Positions 26,253-34,655 of a stretch of 34,656 nt of DNA are shown piece by piece (positions within the stretch are counted from its first letter, which is position 1; each line of letters starts with the position of its first letter). The DNA is taken from positions 1 to 34,656 of the forward strand of contig JAIOSD010000048.1 of the NCBI GenBank assembly GCA_021107835.1, given 5' to 3'. Both the position numbers and the translations under genes were made by a program. A model generated the notes under the pieces. That model was not told where the DNA came from. It searched no databases and saw only the letters and a program-made list of their open reading frames with translations. This stretch comes from an archaeon (lineage in GTDB: Archaea; Nanobdellota; Nanobdellia; SCGC-AAA011-G17; PNOQ01).

Positions 26253-27100
26253 TGATGACAAGCCCCCGCAACTTCTTCAGCACTACCAACATAAAGATAA
26301 GAAACATAATCTGTTTTCCTAGCAAGAGTTTCTGCAAAAACATCTATAATTAGTCCGCCTGCACACCCAATAACTCCTCCAACGGCAGTTCCAGCAACAG
26401 GAAGAACAACAGAACCAATCGCACCACCAATATACGCACCACCAACACAACTTCCAACACCTAAAACAATTTCTGTAGTATCTGGAGTTTCCCAAAAGTT
26501 TTTCCAAAGATCTGCCCTCTTATCTGCAAAAAAGACAACATAAAGAGAATCATTCAAATCAACACTAGAATCAGTAGAATAGCCCATATAACCAGAGCTA
26601 TCAACTTTGTAAAAATATTCATAAAAAGTTCTCTTAGATCCTAAAGGAATTCTCTCAGTAGCCAAAAAATCATTAAAGTCACTTAAAGGAATATTATTAA
26701 TCTCTTTTTTTATATCCTCTGAAAAATCTATCCTAGAACAAACAAAACACCAATTGTCCCCTTTCCATAAATCCCAATCAGGCATAAAATCCTTTTCTCC
26801 CTCAGCAAATTGATACCAACAATCATACATTTCTCCTGCAATAGTTTCATAAATTTCATCTTCATCTTTAGAATCTATTTCAACCAAATTAGTCTCACAA
26901 TCAAAATCCATTCCAAAAGGGGAATTTCCAAGTATTTTAGTTTGAGCCCGTAACAACACACTATTTCTACAAGCTTCTCTATCTAAAGAATCACTTCCAA
27001 GATTAGCAAATGCACCAGTAACCCATAATAAAACAACCCCAGAAATAAGAACTATTAACAATCCAACGATAGTCCACATAGTCATTCCTTTCTTATCCAA
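26249..27100 (-). CDS. Pilin-like protein with C-terminal glycine-zipper hydrophobic hairpin, probable TTG start
   Basis: (M)DKKG|MTMWTIVGLLIVL; CRNSV, MYDCWYQF, CFVCS; VGSCVGGAYIGGAIGSVVLPVAGTAVGGVIGCAGG. Confidence 0.82.
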   Translation of the reverse strand: MDKKGMTMWTIVGLLIVLISGVVLLWVTGAFANLGSDSLDREACRNSVLLRAQTKILGNSPFGMDFDCETNLVEIDSKDEDEIYETIAGEMYDCWYQFAEGEKDFMPDWDLWKGDNWCFVCSRIDFSEDIKKEINNIPLSDFNDFLATERIPLGSKRTFYEYFYKVDSSGYMGYSTDSSVDLNDSLYVVFFADKRADLWKNFWETPDTTEIVLGVGSCVGGAYIGGAIGSVVLPVAGTAVGGVIGCAGGLIIDVFAETLARKTDYVSYLYVGSAEEVAGACHQ

Positions 27101-27203
27101 GAAAACCAAGCCCCCCAGTAACAGCACTATAAAAAAGATAGATAGTTACAATTATTAAAACTAAAACAATAATCTCAGTAAGGGTCATACTACCACCTTT
27201 CAT
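27093..27203 (-). CDS. Mini-pilin, 36 aa (not in ORF track)
   Basis: MKGGSMTLTEIIVLVLIIVTIYLFYSAVTGGLGFLG; leaderless position under a TTTATATA box; stop overlaps the next gene's TTG start. Confidence 0.72.
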   Translation of the reverse strand: MKGGSMTLTEIIVLVLIIVTIYLFYSAVTGGLGFLG

Positions 27204-27243
27204 ACAATTAAAATAAATTAAAATATATATAAAGATTTCCTTA

Positions 27244-29388
27244 TCAAATCATATTGGAACTAGTTGTCAAAACCTGCGAAGCAATATAATTGAACAACAA
27301 AATACCAATCAAAGCAATCGCTAGATATATTAGAGTCCCCTTCAGAATATTCTTTCCTGCACTATTTTGCTCATTTAATTTATCCACTCCAAACTCAATA
27401 CCATTCACCAACACACTTAAAATATATATTATCTGGATTACATAAACCCCTACAACAACCTGAAACCAATATCCTGGAATAGCATCTGTTTTAGAAAACA
27501 TATCAGCTACAGTACTTACATCAAAACCAGCAGAAACATCTCCTGCATTTACTTGATCTAACAAATTACTCAACTTAGAAATCACCCCTACAATCATACT
27601 AGAAATACCTACAACAATGCCAGAAATAACAGGAGCCATAAATTTAATCTGGCTCTGCATACTAGAGATAATTTCAGCTAATAAATCTTTTAACCTTTCA
27701 TTAACTTTGTGAACATTACCCACATATTGAGAAATACTAGTTAAAGATTGTGCCACGATCTTTGGACCTTTTCTAGAACTTTCTAATAAAACTTCCATAG
27801 AACTCTGAACTAAAGGGCTCGGATAATCTAAATAAGCACCATTTTCAGGATTAAAAATAGCCTCTTTTAAACTCATCCCCCCTTTAACCAAATTCAAATG
27901 AACTTTTCCAAAAAATTTCCCTGCAGGAGTACCACTCATCGTTTTAGCAACATCTTTAAATGCTAATTCAGAAGGGATTCCATCCCCAATACGAGTCCCA
28001 AGTTGGAATAATGCAGTAGCAAACTCACTCTCTAATCTTTTAGTTTCTTTTCTAAGTTTCATAGCTTTTTTAGTTTTAGAGTTAAAATACATCCAAAGTG
28101 AAATAGCAAACCCAAGCGGAATAAATAAACCAATTAACAAAGCACCCAAACCAAAAGGCCCAACACAACCAGAATTATTACATTCAAAGTCTAAAAACTT
28201 TTCGCCACCAGATCCATCAGAATTTGACCAAAAAGTAATATCAAAACCAGGATTTATTTCATGAAGAATAAATGGGCTAGCCCCTATAATCAAAAAGAAT
28301 AAGGAGATTATAATTGCAGTAAAAGCCACCCCTTTCTTAGACTTAAAGGGCACTTTAACTTGTCCATAACTTCCAGGACGTTTGTTTAAAATATTAACTC
28401 CAACACTATAAACAAGTAAAGGCAACAAAACATTATATAATATAGCTAAGTGATACCACTTAACAGAACCCAAAAACACCCCAATTAAAGGAAACATAAC
28501 CAACCCTAAAATAGGTAAGATTACACCAAGCATGTGCAACATAGTAATAGGATTTTTCAAATCATGTGCATAATGCAACATCTTTTCATAAATTCCATCC
28601 AAAATAGTTTTTAGAGATTTATCTAATAATTCTGTTCTTCTTCCTTCACTGGGTTCATACAAACTACTTTCAATAAGGTGAAAAGAATTAACAAATTCTA
28701 AATTATGCTCCCTCCACTTACCAAGATAACTCTCTAAAGATTCTTTTAATGTTGAATATTTGCTAGTCTGAACATCCCAAAAAATCTTTCTCAAATCCAA
28801 AGACAAAGAACCACTTAAATGATCAGAAGCGAACTTAATAGCATTCTCTAAGTTAGAAGTATGCCTCATATAAATAACAATGTAAAGAATACAAAGCACC
28901 ATTTGATTGCTTGCATCTAATCTCCACCTACCAGCAATATAATTCGGCAATCTAGTCAAAGGACCAATAAGCAACACAGAAACCAAAATCAAAAGAAGAG
29001 CTACAAAAACTATCCCAAACCTATCTGTAAGAAAATAAGAAACCCCTCCAATAACCAAACCAATCAAAACCAATAAAGTAGAAACCAAAATGGCAAAGCT
29101 GGCAGCGCCAACAGGAGTTATAGCTAAATGAGAAATATCAATACTTTTTTCTATTTTTTCAATATCTTTATCAGAAGGATTTACTTTCACAATACTTTCA
29201 GAAAAATTACATAACTTCTCATATCTAGTAAACCCCTTACCAAGTGCTTCTTCTCTAAATTTGGAATATTCTTTAGAAAACTCTGGATCCGGTTGATATT
29301 CTTCAACTTCATCCAAAGTAACTCTTTTATCCAGTTTTGCTTTGTATTTGTTTAAGATATCTTGGATTTCTTTATTAGATATAGGCAT
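27244..29388 (-). CDS. Type IV pilus membrane platform protein (TadB/TadC/ArlJ-like, two T2SSF-type halves)
   Basis: 714 aa; two cytoplasmic helical units (YMRHTSNLENAIKFA; LFQLGTRIGDGIPSELAF), each followed by TM bundles; directly abuts the ATPase gene. Confidence 0.88.
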   Translation of the reverse strand: MPISNKEIQDILNKYKAKLDKRVTLDEVEEYQPDPEFSKEYSKFREEALGKGFTRYEKLCNFSESIVKVNPSDKDIEKIEKSIDISHLAITPVGAASFAILVSTLLVLIGLVIGGVSYFLTDRFGIVFVALLLILVSVLLIGPLTRLPNYIAGRWRLDASNQMVLCILYIVIYMRHTSNLENAIKFASDHLSGSLSLDLRKIFWDVQTSKYSTLKESLESYLGKWREHNLEFVNSFHLIESSLYEPSEGRRTELLDKSLKTILDGIYEKMLHYAHDLKNPITMLHMLGVILPILGLVMFPLIGVFLGSVKWYHLAILYNVLLPLLVYSVGVNILNKRPGSYGQVKVPFKSKKGVAFTAIIISLFFLIIGASPFILHEINPGFDITFWSNSDGSGGEKFLDFECNNSGCVGPFGLGALLIGLFIPLGFAISLWMYFNSKTKKAMKLRKETKRLESEFATALFQLGTRIGDGIPSELAFKDVAKTMSGTPAGKFFGKVHLNLVKGGMSLKEAIFNPENGAYLDYPSPLVQSSMEVLLESSRKGPKIVAQSLTSISQYVGNVHKVNERLKDLLAEIISSMQSQIKFMAPVISGIVVGISSMIVGVISKLSNLLDQVNAGDVSAGFDVSTVADMFSKTDAIPGYWFQVVVGVYVIQIIYILSVLVNGIEFGVDKLNEQNSAGKNILKGTLIYLAIALIGILLFNYIASQVLTTSSNMI

Positions 29389-31701
29389 CTATACACTCCT
29401 TTTAATTTCTTTTTTCAACCAATCTTTCCATCTAAATAAGATTTTTTTATTATCTAGTTCTCCCGTTTTACTAAGCACCTCATCAGAGATTTTATGAAAA
29501 GCATCATTTGAAGCAAGTACAAAAGAAGCTTCTAATAAATCTTTTCTTTTAAGTTCATTAGCATTTTTAACTAACTCTTCTTTTATCTCCTTTCTAACCA
29601 TAATATTTTCCCAAACAGCATCCCAATTCCCAGCCCATTCTTTTACATTTCCAGCTATTTGTTTTATAACTTCAGAATCACCATTTAACAAATTATCTGT
29701 AGGTTCCAACAAATCAGTCTCAGGATTATAAACCATTAAATCAACAACCCCCCCTTCACGCAAAGGATCTTCTTCCCATTCCTTCCTTACTTCAGTAATA
29801 CTTAAAACTCTTCTAACACTCTTCAAACCATCTGGTGTTTTTATTGGATTAGCAACAACAATTATATCAGTCGCCTTAAAACTAGTTCTCGGAACTCCTA
29901 AATCATTAACCACCCTATCAAAAACAGAATAAGGGCTTCCACCATGAATAGTACCTGCAACAACATTTGCTAAAGCACCAATCCTCATTGCCTCATAAAG
30001 AGCCAAAGCTTGTTTACTTCTAACCTCTCCAACAATCAAACTACTATCGCCCAACCTCAAACTAGCCCTTATCCCTTCCTCTGCAGCTAATTCAGTCCCA
30101 CCTTCAGATAAAGCAGATCTAACTTTCAAAGGTTGTATATTGTATCCTAAATGTCTTAATGACCTAACTGGTAATTCTAAAGTGTCTTCAACCGTAATTA
30201 ATCTGTATTTTCTCATAATCTCAACCATACAAGAGCCAAGCAAAGAAGTTTTCCCACTACTTCTAGTACCTGCAACCAACATCGTTCTTCCCCCATCAAT
30301 TAAAAAACTCAAAAGGGCAGCACCAAGTGAGCTTATCATTTTATTATCAATAAATAAAGGCAAGGTCCAAGGTTTGTCTCTATGTCTCCTGAATGCATAT
30401 CCCAATCCAACAGGATTTAAAGGACTAGAAATAATTGCAACTCTTGCTCTTGCACCAGGAATTACTAACTCAGTGTCTAAAATAGGATTTGCTTCATCTA
30501 AAGGTCTTCCAGAAATCATTCTAAATTTAGTTGCCCAACCTTCACCATCTGCTTTACTGGGAATAATATTAGTTGAACATTCTCCATAATCTTGATGTAC
30601 AATATAAATAGGTGCCTCCCCAATAGGACCATTAACAACAATATCTTGTATCTTATCATCTCTTAATAAAACTTCTAACAACCCAAATCCAACAGTATAT
30701 CTAACCAAAATAGCAGCCAATTTTTTTATTTCCTCAAAAGAAATATTCATTTGCTGTCGCTCAGCCAACTCACTAATTAAATCTCTTCCAATATTAAAAA
30801 AAGTTTCCCTCATTCTTTCAGGATCAGTAAATTCTTCAGCAACAGGTTCGTGTTCAGAAAGAACAGATTTAGCAAGATCCAACAAACTTAATTTATCCTC
30901 ACTAAGTCCAAATTCAGGAGGGGTAATGTGATACCTGTTCTTTATATCATCATCCACTTGAAAAATCATAACACCAATATCTTCTCCAACAAGATAACTA
31001 TCTATTTCATTTGCATTAATGGGTGGTTCAGCCATTAACCGAGTATGTATAAAATTTGGAGTTATAATGGGTCTGAAAAAATTAGTATAGAGAGTTCTTT
31101 CCCCAATAGCATAACCATCTAAATCAGATTTAGCAAGTAAAATTAACTTTGTTTTTTCTAATAATTCAAGCATTTCCTCCAACGTCTTCAAATAAACATT
31201 TACTTGGGTTACATCTTCTGACAATTTTCCACTTTTAAGTTTTATTTTTTCTTCTCGCACCAGCCTTTTAAGCTCAACATAAGCTCCAAGAGGATCTGTT
31301 CTAAGTAAATTTGTAACAACATACTGTATATTAGCAAACCGCTTAGAAACCGCAGTAGATAAATAAGGATCTGCCCCAACAGAATACAAACTTAAAATCC
31401 TTTTTTGTTTAGTTAAAAAAATATAAATATTCGCAATCTCCCTTAACATTGCAGTCTGTTCACTATCATATTGATAGTTTCTATCAAAAGATAGTACAAT
31501 CCGATTAACACCTGGACTCTCAATTAATTTATCAATAATACTTGCCATACAAATACCATTATCTTCAATAGAAGGTGGATAAGATAGTCCAAAAAAATTA
31601 ACCCTCATTATATGCTCTTCGCCTTCTTCTACTAGCTCATACTCTCCAGGTTTCAATTTTTTTTGAGAAATTGTCATATCACCACTCCCCTTTAACAACA
31701 T
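29389..31701 (-). CDS. Type II/IV secretion (TadA/CpaF/VirB11-like) pilus assembly ATPase
   Basis: Walker A GTRSSGKT, Asp box TVEDTLEL, Walker B LIVGEVR, His box GTIHG; long N-terminal extension; alternative start at 31677. Confidence 0.95.
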   Translation of the reverse strand: MLLKGSGDMTISQKKLKPGEYELVEEGEEHIMRVNFFGLSYPPSIEDNGICMASIIDKLIESPGVNRIVLSFDRNYQYDSEQTAMLREIANIYIFLTKQKRILSLYSVGADPYLSTAVSKRFANIQYVVTNLLRTDPLGAYVELKRLVREEKIKLKSGKLSEDVTQVNVYLKTLEEMLELLEKTKLILLAKSDLDGYAIGERTLYTNFFRPIITPNFIHTRLMAEPPINANEIDSYLVGEDIGVMIFQVDDDIKNRYHITPPEFGLSEDKLSLLDLAKSVLSEHEPVAEEFTDPERMRETFFNIGRDLISELAERQQMNISFEEIKKLAAILVRYTVGFGLLEVLLRDDKIQDIVVNGPIGEAPIYIVHQDYGECSTNIIPSKADGEGWATKFRMISGRPLDEANPILDTELVIPGARARVAIISSPLNPVGLGYAFRRHRDKPWTLPLFIDNKMISSLGAALLSFLIDGGRTMLVAGTRSSGKTSLLGSCMVEIMRKYRLITVEDTLELPVRSLRHLGYNIQPLKVRSALSEGGTELAAEEGIRASLRLGDSSLIVGEVRSKQALALYEAMRIGALANVVAGTIHGGSPYSVFDRVVNDLGVPRTSFKATDIIVVANPIKTPDGLKSVRRVLSITEVRKEWEEDPLREGGVVDLMVYNPETDLLEPTDNLLNGDSEVIKQIAGNVKEWAGNWDAVWENIMVRKEIKEELVKNANELKRKDLLEASFVLASNDAFHKISDEVLSKTGELDNKKILFRWKDWLKKEIKRSV

Positions 31702-31763
31702 AAAGTTTATTATAGTATCTAATAAAAGCTATATTAATCTGATTAAATAGTTTTCGTTTTAAA

Positions 31764-32153
31764 ATGAATCCAACACAACAAATACAGGCGCAATACAGCC
31801 CAATGAATGAAATAAATACTCGTGTAAGAATTCTAGAAGGAAAATATAACCTAACAAGAGAGCGTATGTTACTTATAAATCAAAATATGATAGATCACTA
31901 CAAAACACTAAGTACAGAGCTAAGAACAATAAATGAAGACCTGAAAGAAATAAAAGAAACACTAGAAACAATGAAAGAAACAACAAAAAATGTTGTAAAG
32001 GAAATGTCTTTTTTCGCAAGAAAAGACCAATTAAAAATTTTAGAAAAATATATTAACATGTGGAATCCATTAAACTTCGTAACTGAAAAAGAAGTCTTAG
32101 AAATTATGAAAAAAAAGAGGACAAAAAATGCAACTAAACGAAAAAGAAAATAG
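31764..32153 (+). CDS. Coiled-coil protein divergent from the pilus ATPase
   Basis: Heptad-rich; ends in LEKYINMWNPLNFVT. Confidence 0.8.
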   Translation: MNPTQQIQAQYSPMNEINTRVRILEGKYNLTRERMLLINQNMIDHYKTLSTELRTINEDLKEIKETLETMKETTKNVVKEMSFFARKDQLKILEKYINMWNPLNFVTEKEVLEIMKKKRTKNATKRKRK

Positions 32154-32748
32154 AGATTCCCCTATACAAAGAGTTTTAGATCTCAAAAGAGGCGGAAGAA
32201 CAAATCAAGACATTCCAAACACCCTAAGAAAAGAAAATTTTGGAAATCAGGAAATATCAAGTGCATTAGACCAAGCAACTGTAAAAGGAGAAATTAATCC
32301 AGATGAAGTGCCTTCTCCAGCACAAGCTACCCAAGAAATCCCAAAACAAGAATATTCTCCTCAACAAGAAGCCCCTTTACAATCAAATATACCGACGTTT
32401 GCTCCAGAACCAGCTGGAAGAGCAAACTACGAAATGGTAGAACAAATAGCAGAATCAGTAGTTTCAGAAAAATGGGAAGACATGGTTAAAAACGTTGGCG
32501 ATTTAAGGTTATGGAAAGAAAAAGTAGAAACAGATTTATCTGGCGTAAAACAAGAAATATTAAGAACACAATCTAGATTTGAAAATTTGCAAAAAGCTGT
32601 GCTAGGTAAAGTAACAGAATATAGTGCTGGAATAACTGACTTAAACGCAGAAATGAAAGCAATGGAAAAAGTATTTGAAAAAATTCTAGAACCTCTAACA
32701 AGAAGTGTTAAAGACTTGGAAAAAGTAACTCAAAAGATAAAAAAATAA
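32128..32748 (+). CDS. Coiled-coil protein with small N-terminal helical domain and P/Q-rich linker
   Basis: EQIAESVVSEKW, WKEKV, LGKVTEY, KAMEKVFEKILEP; overlaps the upstream gene. Confidence 0.8.
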   Translation: MQLNEKENRDSPIQRVLDLKRGGRTNQDIPNTLRKENFGNQEISSALDQATVKGEINPDEVPSPAQATQEIPKQEYSPQQEAPLQSNIPTFAPEPAGRANYEMVEQIAESVVSEKWEDMVKNVGDLRLWKEKVETDLSGVKQEILRTQSRFENLQKAVLGKVTEYSAGITDLNAEMKAMEKVFEKILEPLTRSVKDLEKVTQKIKK

Positions 32749-32749
32749 A

Positions 32750-32766
32750 GACTAAAAAGTTTAGTC
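32750..32766. terminator. Small inverted repeat between convergent genes
   Basis: GACTAAA-AAG-TTTAGTC, perfect 7-bp stem directly after the stop at 32748. Confidence 0.4.
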
Positions 32767-32820
32767 ACCCACAAAACTCATTGAATATAACCTTTCTTAT
32801 GTCTAATTTCTTAAGGTACC

Positions 32821-33465
32821 TTATAGTTTTTCCATAAAGAAATAGTTTCCAATATGTTCTTTTTTTCCAGCAACCATAGTAATCAATTTAGCTTCAATTA
32901 TACGAAAATACGACTCAAATAATTCTTTCATCTCATCAAAAGATGAATAATATAATTTTGTTCCAGCAGGCATTTTTGCACCTTCAGGAATTATCCTTAA
33001 ATCTTTACCCTTCGCTCCAAAATCAGGATTTTGATTATTGAAACAAATTGATAAATATTTTCCTTTTTTATTCAAAATCCTTTTAATATTCTCTAAATAT
33101 TTATTTCTTTGTTCAGGTATTATATGGTGCAAAATTGCCCACTCGAATACAAAATCAAATTTATCATTTATTATATCTAAATCATCAACATCAAGAGCCA
33201 TAAATTTGATTTTTACACCCTGTTTCGTGGCATTTTCTTTTGCTAGTTTAATGGCATTTTCTGAAATATCTATACCTGTAACATCAAAACCTTTTGAAGC
33301 CAAATAAATCGCATAGAAACCTTCGCCACATCCAACATCAAGAACATTACATGGTTTAATCTCTCCACTTTCAACTAAGTCCCTTAATTCTTTAGGTGGT
33401 CCAAATTCTGTCCAGACGGCTACTCCTTCATATATTTTTTCAAACATTTCTTTATCATTGCTCAT
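32821..33465 (-). CDS. Class I SAM-dependent methyltransferase
   Basis: VLDVGCGEG, VTGIDISENAI, FDFVF...LHHI, LNKKG. Confidence 0.93.
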   Translation of the reverse strand: MSNDKEMFEKIYEGVAVWTEFGPPKELRDLVESGEIKPCNVLDVGCGEGFYAIYLASKGFDVTGIDISENAIKLAKENATKQGVKIKFMALDVDDLDIINDKFDFVFEWAILHHIIPEQRNKYLENIKRILNKKGKYLSICFNNQNPDFGAKGKDLRIIPEGAKMPAGTKLYYSSFDEMKELFESYFRIIEAKLITMVAGKKEHIGNYFFMEKL

Positions 33466-33507
33466 AACTTAGATAACTAGCTTGTATTATATAAAATTAA
33501 TGATTGA

Positions 33508-33576
33508 CTACACCCAAGGAAACTCTAAAATTTTCCATCGGAACGTTGCACTAACTCTCAGTCTCCGCTACACCCA
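33508..33576. repeat. Structured intergenic element bounded by CTACACCCA direct repeats
   Basis: 9-mer at 33508-33516 and 33568-33576; internal stems GGAAA/TTTCC and CGGA/TCCG. Confidence 0.6.
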
Positions 33577-33603
33577 GACACAACTAACAACGATTATCTA
33601 TAA

Positions 33604-34116
33604 TCACTTCGTTTCTTTAACAACTTTTCCAATAAGAACAACTGCAATTAACATTATTAATAAAACCCCCAAAACATTAGGATGGAAAATAGTTCTCAAA
33701 GCCCACCAACCAGGATCTGCTCCTGCAGAGTAAGGTGTAAACACAGGCCCAAAAACATTAGAAATTGCCACAACAAGAATAGTCAAAGCAAGGTAAAACA
33801 CAATCTGATATGGCACATCAAGTTCAAAAATCCCATCTCCAGGAGTTGCACCAGAAGTATACAAAGCCAACATAATCAAAATAAAAGCAACTATCAACAA
33901 AACATACCAAGTAGAAACTACAGCAACAAATTTAACAGTACTTTCAGAAACCAAAGCCAATAAAGCAACCATCAGAGAAATAACAAAATCAGCTTTCTGA
34001 TACCCCCCAAGAATTTTAGATTTCTGTAAAATCGCAAAAATAACTACAAAAATTAAAATAAACACCAAAACTGGTGTGAAGTATTCCAAAACCCCTGTAT
34101 CCCAAAAAGTTGCCAT
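33604..34116 (-). CDS. Polytopic membrane protein, paralog of the upstream gene
   Basis: PVLVFILIFVVIFAILQKSKILG; about 5 TM helices; SD GAGGGG upstream. Confidence 0.85.
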   Translation of the reverse strand: MATFWDTGVLEYFTPVLVFILIFVVIFAILQKSKILGGYQKADFVISLMVALLALVSESTVKFVAVVSTWYVLLIVAFILIMLALYTSGATPGDGIFELDVPYQIVFYLALTILVVAISNVFGPVFTPYSAGADPGWWALRTIFHPNVLGVLLIMLIAVVLIGKVVKETK

Positions 34117-34121
34117 TAAAA

Positions 34122-34655
34122 TTAACCCCTCAAACCTTTCAGAGTTATACCCTTATTATCCTTATTGTTTCCTGCAGCAACTAAAGCAATAACCAAAACA
34201 AGAACACCTACCAATAATAGTGCAGATATAACAGATTCACTCAAATAAAACCAATAAGGAAATGATGCTCCATAAGTACTAGAAGACAAAGACCACAACA
34301 AAGCAACAATAGCTAAAATAACCCCTGCACCAATACCAAATCCTTCAAATTTACTATTTCCTTTTGTTCCAGCAAACATAGCAACAACCAACATAAACAT
34401 GATACCTGCCACAATAAAGAACGCCATCCTAGACAAATACATATTCATAAACATAACCAAATCTGTTTGCACAACTAATAACGCAGCAATTATAAGAGAA
34501 ACTACAACATTAATATTTGTTTTTGGACCATCACTAGAACCTCCACCAAAAATATAAGTTTTCTCCAAAATAGCAAAGAGCACAACAAAAATTAACAAGA
34601 AAGGCAAAAAGAACTCATACAATCCACTAGACTCTAAAGTATATAAAATAGAATA
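34122..34655 (-). CDS. Polytopic membrane protein, 5'-truncated by the window edge
   Basis: Frame is open to the edge: ...YSILYTLESSGLYEFFLPFLLIFVVLFAILEKTYIFG. Confidence 0.85.
   Translation of the reverse strand, partial: YSILYTLESSGLYEFFLPFLLIFVVLFAILEKTYIFGGGSSDGPKTNINVVVSLIIAALLVVQTDLVMFMNMYLSRMAFFIVAGIMFMLVVAMFAGTKGNSKFEGFGIGAGVILAIVALLWSLSSSTYGASFPYWFYLSESVISALLLVGVLVLVIALVAAGNNKDNKGITLKGLRG

Noticed and set aside
1998..27127. N-terminal extensions given by the ORF track (starts at 2090, 5243, 7815, 14027, 18072, 19013, 25129, 27127)
   Set aside because: They run through promoters, SD sites or neighbouring genes; downstream starts fit the family N-termini and TATA spacing.
21918..31701. 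Archaellum operon
   Set aside because: No ArlH (KaiC-like) gene and no archaellin signature (GIGTLIVFIAM); the organisation fits a pilus.
33508..33576. Possible mini-CRISPR
   Set aside because: Only two 9-bp repeats, far shorter than CRISPR repeats, and no cas genes in the window.
33500..33580. tRNA-like TGGGTGTAGC/TGGGTGTAGT on the minus strand
   Set aside because: No matching acceptor 3' strand, anticodon arm or canonical T-loop could be built.
53..33963. Short antisense or off-frame ORFs in the track (e.g. 53..247, 641..865, 1605..1802, 5218..5439, 5827..6102, 6550..6771, 7289..7510, 8224..8766, 9152..9575, 11881..12317, 14446..14694, 15924..16142, 16968..17250, 25829..26014, 26319..26507, 30140..30589, 33038..33307, 33482..33963)
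   Set aside because: They overlap well-supported genes, lack motifs and promoters, and look like shadow frames.
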